Below, in pieces: positions 38,169-48,049 of a stretch of DNA of 64,000 nucleotides. The notes beneath the pieces were generated by a model that was not told the origin of the DNA, made no database searches, and was given only the letters and a program-made list of their open reading frames with translations. Source of the stretch: a virus (taxonomy: Duplodnaviria; Caudoviricetes); IMG/VR virus record IMGVR_UViG_3300028048_000057, positions 64,001 to 128,000 of that record. One strand, given 5' to 3'. Positions within the stretch are counted from its first letter, which is position 1; each line of letters begins with the position of its first letter. Made by a program: the position numbers and the translations under genes.

Positions 38169-39157
38169 TGGGTGATTTAATCATTGATAATCATATTATA
38201 GATACTCCTATTGAAACAATTCTTAATCAACTCAAAAAAGAATTAACCAATGGGAAGTTAAGCCAAATTGAAAAGAAGGGAGACAATTTTTGTGTCACTT
38301 GTCCTCATCATAAAGGTGGACAAGAATCTAGACCTTCTTCTTATGTTTATTGTGGAAGTGACCCTAATATTGAATATGGATATTATCATTGTTTTACTTG
38401 TGGAGAACAAGGAAGTCTTTGGCATTTTGTAGCAGAATGCTTTGATAAAAGTGATGAATTTGGAAAGAAATGGTTATTAAATAGATTTGGAAATACTTTT
38501 GTAGAAAATACTATTAAATTCCCAGATTTTGATTTGTTGCAAAAAAATGATTTGTTGCATAAAGATGAAACAAAAGAAATAGATGAAACAATTTTAGATA
38601 ATTATCAATCTTGGCATCCATATATGGCTAAAAGAAAATTATCTAGAGATGTTTGTGAAAAATTTAAAATTAAATATGACCCTAAAGGAGAACATATAGT
38701 GTTTCCTTGTTGGGATGAAAATGACAAACTTGTAATGTGTACTAGAAGGAGTGTACATACAAAACAATTTTTAATTCCTAAAGATGTAGAGAAACCAGTA
38801 TATTTACTTAATGTTATTAAAAGAAATAATATAAATGAAGTAACCATTTGTGAAAGTCAAATAAATTGTCTTACTCTTTGGGGTTGGGGAATTCCTTCTT
38901 GTGCTTTATTTGGTACAGGGACTTCTCATCAATATGAAATTTTAAATAAAAGTGAAATTAAACACTATTATTTATGCTTTGATGGTGATGATGCAGGTGA
39001 CAAAGGAATTAGAAGATTCCTAAAGAATATTAGAAAAGATGTTTTTGTGGATATTATTCTAATGATTAGAGGAAAAGATATAAATGACCTTACTCAAGAA
39101 GAATTTGATAAATTAGAAATTATAGATAAATCAGAATGGTTGAGGAGGAATAAATAA
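38168..39157 (+). CDS. dnaG: DNA primase (CHC2 Zn finger plus TOPRIM)
   Basis: CPHH...CFTC; CES; FDGDDAG; KDIND. Confidence 0.9.
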   Translation: MGDLIIDNHIIDTPIETILNQLKKELTNGKLSQIEKKGDNFCVTCPHHKGGQESRPSSYVYCGSDPNIEYGYYHCFTCGEQGSLWHFVAECFDKSDEFGKKWLLNRFGNTFVENTIKFPDFDLLQKNDLLHKDETKEIDETILDNYQSWHPYMAKRKLSRDVCEKFKIKYDPKGEHIVFPCWDENDKLVMCTRRSVHTKQFLIPKDVEKPVYLLNVIKRNNINEVTICESQINCLTLWGWGIPSCALFGTGTSHQYEILNKSEIKHYYLCFDGDDAGDKGIRRFLKNIRKDVFVDIILMIRGKDINDLTQEEFDKLEIIDKSEWLRRNK

Positions 39158-39894
39158 TGTTAGATTATTCTAGATTTAATGAAATTAGGTTTTGGTCCCC
39201 TAGTGCTTCTTTAGAGGAGAGTATTGAGGAGGCAAGAATACTTGAATTAAGTAAAGCCAAATATGCTTTGGATGAAACACAAAAAAGAATTGAAATGGCA
39301 AGTAAGAAACAAGAAGTAATTGATAATCTTACTTATGAAAAGAATTTAATTCTTAGAGATGCTATGCTTGCTATTAAAGAAGATATTGCTCAAAGTTATT
39401 ATAATGTCTTTAAATTTTTTATGCCTAATAATATATTAGGAAAAGCATGGAAATATTCTATGTTTAAAAATCAAAATAGATTAAAAGAAATAGAAGAATC
39501 ATATAAAAAAGACCCTAGCGAGGGTTATTCTCTAAAAGATTATAAAAATAGTTTTGATTTTGTTATTAATACAATTAAAGATAGATTAATACCAGATAAG
39601 TATAAAAAAGAATCTAAATTAATTGAAATCATTGATAGCAATTATGCTACAACATATGAGTTCACATTTAATTATAAAAATGTAGAGTTCATTGTTTGTA
39701 TTCCTATTTTTGAAAATGCCAATATAAACAATTATTCAGAATTATTAAATGGGTATGTGTTAAGATTTCATGAGAGTAAATATTGTGTAGGATATGCATT
39801 CCATGCATTAAATCCAGATGAATTTAAAGAAAAATTAGAAAAATGGTTAGATGAAAAATTAATTAGTGAAAAGGAGGCCTCTTCTAATGAGTAA
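39157..39894 (+). CDS. Hypothetical protein
   Basis: GAGGAGG RBS. Confidence 0.65.
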   Translation: MLDYSRFNEIRFWSPSASLEESIEEARILELSKAKYALDETQKRIEMASKKQEVIDNLTYEKNLILRDAMLAIKEDIAQSYYNVFKFFMPNNILGKAWKYSMFKNQNRLKEIEESYKKDPSEGYSLKDYKNSFDFVINTIKDRLIPDKYKKESKLIEIIDSNYATTYEFTFNYKNVEFIVCIPIFENANINNYSELLNGYVLRFHESKYCVGYAFHALNPDEFKEKLEKWLDEKLISEKEASSNE

Positions 39895-40645
39895 AAATAA
39901 TACATTATATAATCCTTATCCTAAAGAATTGATAAGTGATGTTGTTTGTCCAAAATGTGGTGGGGAAGCAACTATAGATACTTCAATGATACTAACTTCA
40001 CACCCACCAAAATATAAATGTGTTTGTAAAAAGTGTGGACATGTTTTTTACACTGAAAGTTTAATAGGAAGTAAAGTAGTACCACAAGAAAACAATGATT
40101 ATAATAAATTTGAATATGTTTCATGGTCTAAAAAAGAATTTGCTCTCCCTCAAAGAGCAACAAAAGGAAGTGCTGGTTATGACTTTTTCTCTCCAATAGA
40201 AACTACAATATATCCAGGTGAAACGAAAGAATTTTCATTAGAAGTTAAATGTAAAATTAAACAAGGGGAATTTTTAATGATTCCACCAAGAAGTAGTTTA
40301 GGATTTAAAAGGGATAATCATGTTGCTTTAACAAATACAATAGGAATTATAGATAGTGATTATTATAATAATGAAGACAATGAAGGTGAAATTAGATTAA
40401 GATTACATAATTTTGGAAATAGTCCATTTGTAATTAAAAAGGGAATGGCCTTAGTTCAAGGTATATTCTTAAAGTTTGACACTACCATTGATGATTGTCC
40501 AAGAGAAAATGAAAGAGTAGGTGGATTAGGTTCTACTGATAAATTATTTAATTTTATGAATCAAATATTTACTGAAAATGGTACAATTAGAGTGTATAAT
40601 AATGTAGAAACAAAGGAGAATAATAAATGTCTAGAAAGAAAATAA
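39887..40645 (+). CDS. dut: Trimeric dUTPase with an N-terminal Zn ribbon
   Basis: SAGYD, PRSS, GIIDSDY, QGIF, R.GGLGST; CPKC/CKKC. Confidence 0.9.
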   Translation: MSKNNTLYNPYPKELISDVVCPKCGGEATIDTSMILTSHPPKYKCVCKKCGHVFYTESLIGSKVVPQENNDYNKFEYVSWSKKEFALPQRATKGSAGYDFFSPIETTIYPGETKEFSLEVKCKIKQGEFLMIPPRSSLGFKRDNHVALTNTIGIIDSDYYNNEDNEGEIRLRLHNFGNSPFVIKKGMALVQGIFLKFDTTIDDCPRENERVGGLGSTDKLFNFMNQIFTENGTIRVYNNVETKENNKCLERK

Positions 40646-40809
40646 ACACAATTCCAGATTTTATTTCATTGATAGGTAAAGATAATAAACTCAATTCTAG
40701 TCTAGTTGAAGATACTTTAATTAATAATGATAGATTTTATGTTAAAGATATTTATGGAATGATTTTTAGAATTGATGAAAAAACATACAAACTTTTAAGG
40801 GAGGAATAA
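40627..40809 (+). CDS. Hypothetical protein
   Basis: AAGGAG RBS; GTGTATAAT at 40592. Confidence 0.55.
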   Translation: MSRKKINTIPDFISLIGKDNKLNSSLVEDTLINNDRFYVKDIYGMIFRIDEKTYKLLREE

Positions 40810-40814
40810 TTTAA

Positions 40815-41699
40815 ATGGTTACAGGTATGTATTCATATGAGACTTATGCAAGTGCAAAGTCTAAAGAAAAAGAAACAAAAGAAACCTCTGAAAAACCTAG
40901 AGGTAGTGTGGGCTATTTTAAACTCATGGATGATGGTGATGAAGCCATTGTAAGATTTGTTTATGATGACCCAAAGGAATTAGTAATGGCTCATGTTCAT
41001 GATGAACCAGTAGGTAAGAATAAGCATAGAAGAATCTTATGTTTAAGAGAAAATGCAAGAGATGATACAGAAAAATGTCCTCTTTGTGCAAGAGGAGATA
41101 AATACTTTGCAAAAGTTTATCTTAAATTAATTGAATACACTAAAGATGAAAATGGTAAAATTATTCATCAAGCAAAGATTTGGGAAAGACCAGAATCATT
41201 TGCAGACACCATTGTTGAATACATCAATAATTATGGTGGTTTAAAAGATACTGTATTTAAAATTAAAAGAAAAGGTATTAGAGGAAGTACAGACACTAAT
41301 TATATTTTAACACCATTACCATCTACTGTTTTTACAGAAGAAAGTGGATATATTAAAGACTTTAGTGATTTTGATAAATTCTATTTTTATCCTCATTCAT
41401 TTTTAAGTAAAACTAAAGAAGATATTGAAGAATATATTAAAACAGGTGAATTCCCATTCCATAAAAAAGATGGAAGCACTCCAACCACAACACCTACAAC
41501 TCCAAAAGAATCCACTTCAGTAGTTGAAGAAGTGGTTGTTAAGGAAGAACCAAAAGGAATTGAACCACCTACATCAGTAGTTACAGCACCAGTTGGTGGT
41601 CAAGCAACTTCTTCCACAATTCCTACAACTAATACTCAAAGTGGAGATACAAATAATCCTTTAATGGATAGACCAAGAAGAAGATATGATTATAAATAA
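40815..41699 (+). CDS. Single-stranded DNA-binding protein (gp32-like)
   Basis: YFKL..DG...VRF...H.H...CL...CPLC...KIKRKG...T.Y; low-complexity tail. Confidence 0.75.
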   Translation: MVTGMYSYETYASAKSKEKETKETSEKPRGSVGYFKLMDDGDEAIVRFVYDDPKELVMAHVHDEPVGKNKHRRILCLRENARDDTEKCPLCARGDKYFAKVYLKLIEYTKDENGKIIHQAKIWERPESFADTIVEYINNYGGLKDTVFKIKRKGIRGSTDTNYILTPLPSTVFTEESGYIKDFSDFDKFYFYPHSFLSKTKEDIEEYIKTGEFPFHKKDGSTPTTTPTTPKESTSVVEEVVVKEEPKGIEPPTSVVTAPVGGQATSSTIPTTNTQSGDTNNPLMDRPRRRYDYK

Positions 41700-41713
41700 T
41701 TAGGAGGTATTTA

Positions 41714-44167
41714 ATGTTTAGTGAAAATTTATTTGGTGATGACTTTCCTTTAGAAGATAAAGAAGAAACAAGTAAACTTTTAAAGAAAGCCAAAGAACCA
41801 AAAAAGGCAAAAACTAAAAAGGTTGTTGACCCTACACTAGCATTACATGATAAACTCTTAGTTATTGAGCAAGAAGTGTACAGAATACTAGGTAGGCATA
41901 AAGAGGATACCTTAGTTATTAAGTCTTATGATGACTTTGTTAAGTACATTGATGCAATTATTCAAAAGGGCATTTGTGCTCTAGATACAGAAACAAATAA
42001 CTCATTAGACCCACATACATGTAAGTTGATGGGTCTTTGTTTATATACATATGGTCAAAAACAAGTATATATTCCTTGTAACCATGTAGATATATTTACC
42101 AAGGAGAGATTCTCATGGCAAATTAATGAGCAACAAATAAAGGAACAAATGCAAAGACTTTTAGACAACAATGTTAAAATTGTCTATCACAATGCCTCTT
42201 TTGATATTAGAGTAGTTCAATGTACTTGTGGTATTGAAATGTCTTATTATTGGGATACACAAGTTGCAGCAAAAATATTAAATGAAAATGAAGAATCTAA
42301 GTTGAAAGTTCAATACAAATTACATATTGACCCAACTCATGAAAAATATGATATAGAAGGACTTTTCCAAAAACTTCCATATGAATTAGTTGACCCAGAT
42401 TTATTTGCCTTGTATGCAGCAACAGATGCTATGATGACACTTAAATTATATGATTATCAATTAAAGGAATTCTCAAAAGAAGAAAATAAAAAGATTTATG
42501 ATTTATTGTTAACTGTAGAGTTCCCATGTATTCAAGTTGTTAAGGATATGGAACTTGAAGGTATTGAAGTAGATTTAGATTTTTGCCATAGAATCCAAAC
42601 TAAATATCATGGAATATTAGATGGCTATGATGCTAAAATTCAAATTGAATTAGAGAAATTACTTCCTAAGATTAATGAATGGAAACTTAGTGAAGATGGT
42701 CAAGTAAAGGTAGGTAAGAAAACAAAAGCAGAACAACTTACAGACCCAATCAACTTAGATTCATCTACACAATTAGCAATTATTGTTTATGATGTATTAA
42801 AAGTACCAACAACATATGGAATTAAAGGGCCAAGAAGTGTGGATAAAGATACAATCCCATTAATTTTAGAGGATTATAAGATTCCACTATTAGAAGTATT
42901 TAATGAAAAGAAAGTCTATCAAACATTAGTTAATAACTTCCTAGATAAGATTCCAGAGATGGTCAATCCTAATACAGGAAGAGTTCATTGTTCTTTCAAT
43001 CAAGTTGGAACAGTTACAGGTAGATTCTCTTGTAGTGACCCAAATCTTCAACAAATTCCATCCCACAACCATGAAATTAGATTAATGTTTAAAGCAAGAG
43101 ATGGTTATACTTTAGTTGGTAGTGACTTTTCACAACAAGAACCAAGATTACTTGCATTCTATTCTCAAGATGATGATATGATGAGAAACTATGCAGAAGG
43201 TAAAGACTTATATGCACTTATTGCAATGAAGGTTTATCACAACAATTATGAAGAAAATCTTGAGTTCAATCCTATTACAGGACAAAGGAGTGAAGAAGGT
43301 GCTAGAAGAAGAAGTATTTGTAAACAAGTTCAATTAGCCATTTCTTATGGTATGTCTACTAAATCATTAGCAAATAAAATTGAAACTAGTGAAAAAGAAG
43401 CCCAAGGAATTATTGATGGTTTCTATAAAGGATTTCCTAAAGTTAGAAAATGGACAGATGAAACTATTGCTAATGCCAAAAAGACAGGTTATGTAGAAGA
43501 TTGGCATGGTAGAAAAAGAAGACTTCCAAATCTATTACTACCTAAATATACCATCAAATTAGTCAATAATGATGAGGAATCTAACTTCAACCCATTTATA
43601 GGTTGTTCAAATAGAGAAATTGATGAAGCAAGTTTGAACAAATATCAAGAATTACTTTCTAAGGCAAAATGGTATAAAGATGTTAAAAAGATTAAAGACC
43701 AAGCCTATCAAGAAGGAATTTCTATTATATCTAATAATACTCTTATAGGTAAATCAGAGAGACAATGTGTTAATGCTAGAATCCAAGGTGGAGCAGCAAC
43801 TATGACTAAAGTTGCTATGATTAAAATCTATAATGATGAAGAAATGAGAAAACTTGGATTTAAACTTTTAATTGGTGTTCATGATGAATTGATTGGTGAA
43901 TGTCCAAAGGAAAATCAAGATAAAGTTGCAGAAAGATTATCATATTTAATGAAAACATGTATTAGTGATGTATGTAATGTTGGATTCAAGTGTGATGCTG
44001 ATGTAAGTGAAAGATGGTATTGGAACCCATATATTTCAGGTCTTGAAAAAGAAATTAAAGATTTTATAAAAGAAGAACACTTGACAAGAGAAGAAGCAAT
44101 TGATAAAGTTGTTATAGAACACACTGAAATGCCAGAAGATATTCTTAGAAACACTTTAGGTGTATAA
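41714..44167 (+). CDS. polA: Family A DNA polymerase with a 3'-5' exonuclease
   Basis: DTET, HNASFD, YAATD; TGRFSC..PNLQQIP, DFSQQEPR, R...K......YG, NARIQG, VHDE. Confidence 0.95.
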   Translation: MFSENLFGDDFPLEDKEETSKLLKKAKEPKKAKTKKVVDPTLALHDKLLVIEQEVYRILGRHKEDTLVIKSYDDFVKYIDAIIQKGICALDTETNNSLDPHTCKLMGLCLYTYGQKQVYIPCNHVDIFTKERFSWQINEQQIKEQMQRLLDNNVKIVYHNASFDIRVVQCTCGIEMSYYWDTQVAAKILNENEESKLKVQYKLHIDPTHEKYDIEGLFQKLPYELVDPDLFALYAATDAMMTLKLYDYQLKEFSKEENKKIYDLLLTVEFPCIQVVKDMELEGIEVDLDFCHRIQTKYHGILDGYDAKIQIELEKLLPKINEWKLSEDGQVKVGKKTKAEQLTDPINLDSSTQLAIIVYDVLKVPTTYGIKGPRSVDKDTIPLILEDYKIPLLEVFNEKKVYQTLVNNFLDKIPEMVNPNTGRVHCSFNQVGTVTGRFSCSDPNLQQIPSHNHEIRLMFKARDGYTLVGSDFSQQEPRLLAFYSQDDDMMRNYAEGKDLYALIAMKVYHNNYEENLEFNPITGQRSEEGARRRSICKQVQLAISYGMSTKSLANKIETSEKEAQGIIDGFYKGFPKVRKWTDETIANAKKTGYVEDWHGRKRRLPNLLLPKYTIKLVNNDEESNFNPFIGCSNREIDEASLNKYQELLSKAKWYKDVKKIKDQAYQEGISIISNNTLIGKSERQCVNARIQGGAATMTKVAMIKIYNDEEMRKLGFKLLIGVHDELIGECPKENQDKVAERLSYLMKTCISDVCNVGFKCDADVSERWYWNPYISGLEKEIKDFIKEEHLTREEAIDKVVIEHTEMPEDILRNTLGV

Positions 44168-44198
44168 TAAATTGAAATGAAAGGAAAAAATTTTAAAG

Positions 44199-45335
44199 AT
44201 GATTTTAAAAGTTAAAAAATTTCAAGAAGCATGTAAAAAGATTTTAGGAGCAGTTGATACAGACTCAGAATTAAAAGGAGTTGTTGGAGCCTATGATACT
44301 TTAGAAGTTTGTGCTTCAAATAACAAATTACAACTTAATGTTGGTAATGGTGAGTATTATGCTAGTGTATCACTAGATTATACCATTGATGAAGAATTTA
44401 GAGCAGTAATTGATGCAAAAGTATTTGTTACTTTAATTAGCAAATTAACTACAGAAGATGTGGAATTGGTTATGAGTGCTAATACTCTTATTGTTAAAGC
44501 AGATAAAGGTATCTATAAGTTCCCACTTAAATGTGATGATAAGGGAATGGTTGTTTTATCTAAGATTGAAGTTAGTAAACCAAGTGTAGAGATGATTATT
44601 GAAAATTCAAAATTACAAAGTATGCTTGACTTCAACTCAAAAGAATTTAGTAAAGGTGCCATATCTAATCCAGTACAAAGACTTTATTATTTAGATGAAG
44701 AAGGATGTCTAACATTTACTAATGGTACAGCATGTATCAACTCATTCCCATTAACTAAACCAGTTCAAGTAATTTTAAGTCAAAAAGTAGTTAAATTATT
44801 TAAATTGTTTGATACTGAAGATGTTAAGTTTATATTAGGCCATGAGGAAGTTGGTGGAATGATTCAAACTAGAGTTAAATTTGAAAGTGGTAATGTTTCC
44901 ATTTCTTATCTTTCTTTAAATGACCAATCTTATATTGCTAAATTCCCTACAAAATCAATTAGAGGAATGGCTAATAAAGCATATAGTTATTCAGTATCAA
45001 TGGAAACTAAAGAATTTATTAGTGCTCTTGATAGATTACTTTTATTTGATGATACAAACAATTTAAATAGAGGAGTAGGTATTTTTGAATTTGGTAACAT
45101 GGGAATCACCATTTATGATTCAAGAAAGAGCAATCAAGAATTTGTTGCTTATCATAGTGTTAATGCTTTACCTACAGAAATTGTGACTATTAATTTAGGT
45201 TTAGCAGAACTTAAATCTTCTTTGGAAAATAGTGAAGAAGAATTCTTAGTATTTAATTTTGGTACTCAAGATAAAGCCATTGTACTTGCTAATGGTAATA
45301 TTAAAAATGTTATTGCAAGAAAAGTAATTAAATAA
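44199..45335 (+). CDS. Sliding clamp (beta/DnaN-like)
   Basis: 378 aa with a three-domain-like pattern (FP...; EFISALDR); follows polA; clamp loader genes present. Confidence 0.7.
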   Translation: MILKVKKFQEACKKILGAVDTDSELKGVVGAYDTLEVCASNNKLQLNVGNGEYYASVSLDYTIDEEFRAVIDAKVFVTLISKLTTEDVELVMSANTLIVKADKGIYKFPLKCDDKGMVVLSKIEVSKPSVEMIIENSKLQSMLDFNSKEFSKGAISNPVQRLYYLDEEGCLTFTNGTACINSFPLTKPVQVILSQKVVKLFKLFDTEDVKFILGHEEVGGMIQTRVKFESGNVSISYLSLNDQSYIAKFPTKSIRGMANKAYSYSVSMETKEFISALDRLLLFDDTNNLNRGVGIFEFGNMGITIYDSRKSNQEFVAYHSVNALPTEIVTINLGLAELKSSLENSEEEFLVFNFGTQDKAIVLANGNIKNVIARKVIK

Positions 45336-45351
45336 AAGAGAGGTGCTTAAC

Positions 45352-45783
45352 ATGGATGAATTTGATTTATTTGGTGTAGTTGAAAGTGAGGAAGATAAAA
45401 AATATACAACTAAGGTAGGTATTCCTCAATATCTACCTTCTATGGATTGTCCTAGACTTGATACTTTAGTTGATAAAAATAAGTATAATGAACTTATTAG
45501 AGAAATTAATTCCTCTAATGTTAGTGAACAGGAAAAAGAATTTTTAAGATTTGCAGCAACTAGGCATTTAGTTTTTACTTATTCAAGAATTGCAGATTAT
45601 TATGCTCATGCTACTCCAGAAATGCAAAAACTCATGGAAAAGAGTGCATTAGTTATTATTGACATTGATGATGCTATTGCTAATGGCTATGTTAAGTTAA
45701 GTGAATCTATTAAAAAGATTATGGAAGAAACTGGTAGACAAGCAGGAGATGACTACCATAATCAAACAACTCCTAAACAATAA
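45352..45783 (+). CDS. Conserved partner of TET-associated glycosyltransferases
   Basis: KYT.K...PQY.P...FL..AA.RH.VF.Y..IADYYAHA...MQ.LME.SALVIID.D.AI..GYV. Confidence 0.65.
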   Translation: MDEFDLFGVVESEEDKKYTTKVGIPQYLPSMDCPRLDTLVDKNKYNELIREINSSNVSEQEKEFLRFAATRHLVFTYSRIADYYAHATPEMQKLMEKSALVIIDIDDAIANGYVKLSESIKKIMEETGRQAGDDYHNQTTPKQ

Positions 45784-45785
45784 AT

Positions 45786-46346
45786 ATGATTTATTTGATA
45801 ATAGGTGCATCTTGTAGTGGAAAAACCTCCTTTACCTATAATTCATTTCTTAAAGATAAAGAATTTATCAACAATAAGAACATTCTTGATTATTGTGAGA
45901 CAAAGGACACCATCCTTTTAGGTAAATGGGATAAAGAAGGAAGAACTAAAGGTTCAGACACAATTAGTAGAAAAGACATCTCATTAATTAATTCTTGGAT
46001 TGCAGAGATGCTTAAAATTTCAAATAAAGATATTGTTTTAGAAGGAGATAAGATAACATCAAGAACTATTTTTAATTTCATAAAAGACTTTAGATTACCT
46101 TGTAAATTATATTGGATACAAGTTACTCCAGAAGTTAGTTATTCTAGAAATGTGAATAATGGTTCAACTTGTTCTTTTTCCCATCTTAAAGCAGTTACTA
46201 CAAAAGCACAAAACATCTATATGGATTATTGTAATTATTTCAATGGAGAAATAGTTAATACATGTAATCTAACTAGAAAAGATTTTGATGTATTAAATAA
46301 AGATAACTACAAAACAATTTGTGGATGTGAAGATTTTTTGTTTTAA
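45786..46346 (+). CDS. P-loop nucleotide kinase
   Basis: IIGASCSGKT, LGK, GSD, EGD motifs as in phage base-modification kinases. Confidence 0.7.
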   Translation: MIYLIIGASCSGKTSFTYNSFLKDKEFINNKNILDYCETKDTILLGKWDKEGRTKGSDTISRKDISLINSWIAEMLKISNKDIVLEGDKITSRTIFNFIKDFRLPCKLYWIQVTPEVSYSRNVNNGSTCSFSHLKAVTTKAQNIYMDYCNYFNGEIVNTCNLTRKDFDVLNKDNYKTICGCEDFLF

Positions 46347-46362
46347 AAAATGAGGTATTTAA

Positions 46363-47214
46363 ATGAGAGATGATTTTGCAATATTAATATTAACTCATGG
46401 CAGAGCCAACAATGTTATCACATTATCTACATTAGGCAAATGTGGATACACAGGAAAATGGTACATGGTTATTGACAATGAAGATAAACAAGCAGAGGAT
46501 TACTATAGATTATATGGTAAAGACCATGTAATTATGTTTGATAAACTCAAAAAATCACAAGAATTTGACACTTGTGATATGCCTTATGCTAAAAGGAATG
46601 CTATAGTGTATGCAAGAAATGCTTCTTTTGATATTGCAAAAGATTTAGGTTTAAAATATTTTATGGAACTTGATGATGATTACATTGAGTTTAGAAATAG
46701 ATTTGAAAAGGATGGAATGCTTTCTAGTGCTTGGGTAAATGATTTAGATTCAATGCTAGAGGCAATGATAGAATTTCTAGATACAAGTGGTGCTTTAAGT
46801 GTAGCCATGTCTCAAATGGGAGACTTTATTGGTGGACTTGGATGTTCTATGTTTAGAGATAGATTAACTAGAAAGTGTATGAACTCCTTTATATGTAGGA
46901 CAGATAGACCTTTTACATTTGTTGGTAGAATTAATGAAGATGTTAATACTTATGTTTGGAGAGCATCAAGAGGAGAATTGATGTTTACAATTGCAGATGT
47001 CTCTTTGAATCAAGTAGATACTCAACAAAATAAAGGTGGAATGACGGACTTTTATCTTGATGGTGGCACTTACATTAAATCTTTCTATAGTGTTATTATA
47101 AATCCTTCTAGTGTTAAAATATCTACTATGGGAGTAGGCCACATAAGATTCCACCATAATGTTAATTGGGAAAATTGTGCTCCTAAAATTATTAGTGATA
47201 AATTTAGAAAATAA
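46363..47214 (+). CDS. GT-A glycosyltransferase, TAGT/GREB1-like (copy 1)
   Basis: ILTHGRA, YARN, LDDD, MNSF, NED, Q..GG, KSFY, R.HH. Confidence 0.8.
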   Translation: MRDDFAILILTHGRANNVITLSTLGKCGYTGKWYMVIDNEDKQAEDYYRLYGKDHVIMFDKLKKSQEFDTCDMPYAKRNAIVYARNASFDIAKDLGLKYFMELDDDYIEFRNRFEKDGMLSSAWVNDLDSMLEAMIEFLDTSGALSVAMSQMGDFIGGLGCSMFRDRLTRKCMNSFICRTDRPFTFVGRINEDVNTYVWRASRGELMFTIADVSLNQVDTQQNKGGMTDFYLDGGTYIKSFYSVIINPSSVKISTMGVGHIRFHHNVNWENCAPKIISDKFRK

Positions 47215-47215
47215 T

Positions 47216-48049
47216 ATGGATTCATTTGCTATTTTTATTACTACCCACGGAAGAAGTAATAATTGTACAACTTTAAACACATTAAAATCTTTGGGATGTA
47301 AATATCCTATTTATCTTATTGTAGATGATTTGGATAAAGACTTAGACTCCTATAAGGTAAAATTTGGTGATTGTGTAAAGGTTTTTAGTAAACAAAAATA
47401 TGTGAACCTTACAGATACAATCATGACTCCAAAAGTATTTAGTGCAGTAGTTTTTGCTAGAAACTTTTGTGAAGACTTGGCCAAAATGATGGGTTTAAAG
47501 TATTTTTTAATACTAGATGATGACATTAAAAATTTTAAAATAAGGTTTCCTATTAACACTAAATTAACTAGTACAAAGATAAATAATATAGATAAAATAT
47601 TAGATATCTATTTAGATTATTTGGATAACTCTCCTTTAGGGCTTTTAGGGTTTGGTAATAAACCAAGTTATATTGGTGGGTTAAGTAATTTTTATAAAAC
47701 TAAAAGAAGATGTTTTAATGCTTTTCTAAGAAAAACTTCTATTCCTTTTACTTGGGTATCAAATTTTAATGAAGATACTATATCTTGTGTAGTTGAAGGA
47801 AAAAGAGGATTTCTTGTTTTAGAACTTCCTTATGTTCAATTAGAAGCAATAGAAACAGGAAAAGGAACACAAAATGGTGGAATGTTTGAAATGTATAATA
47901 ATATAGATGAATATAAAAGGAAATTTAACTATGTTATAATCCAACCAAACATTTATAGTATTTATATTAATAGTGATAAAGAAATTAAAGTAAGAAGAAT
48001 TTGGGATAATGCAATTCCTAAAATAATAAAACAAAAGTATAGAAAATGA
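47216..48049 (+). CDS. GT-A glycosyltransferase, TAGT-like (copy 2, divergent; start at MDSF)
   Basis: THGR, FARN, LDDD, NED, GGM. Confidence 0.75.
   Translation: MDSFAIFITTHGRSNNCTTLNTLKSLGCKYPIYLIVDDLDKDLDSYKVKFGDCVKVFSKQKYVNLTDTIMTPKVFSAVVFARNFCEDLAKMMGLKYFLILDDDIKNFKIRFPINTKLTSTKINNIDKILDIYLDYLDNSPLGLLGFGNKPSYIGGLSNFYKTKRRCFNAFLRKTSIPFTWVSNFNEDTISCVVEGKRGFLVLELPYVQLEAIETGKGTQNGGMFEMYNNIDEYKRKFNYVIIQPNIYSIYINSDKEIKVRRIWDNAIPKIIKQKYRK

Noticed and set aside
43530-43760. Intein or intron in the PolA insertion
   Set aside because: In-frame insertion of roughly 70 aa without intein terminal residues or an endonuclease; nrdD, dnaB and recA also look uninterrupted
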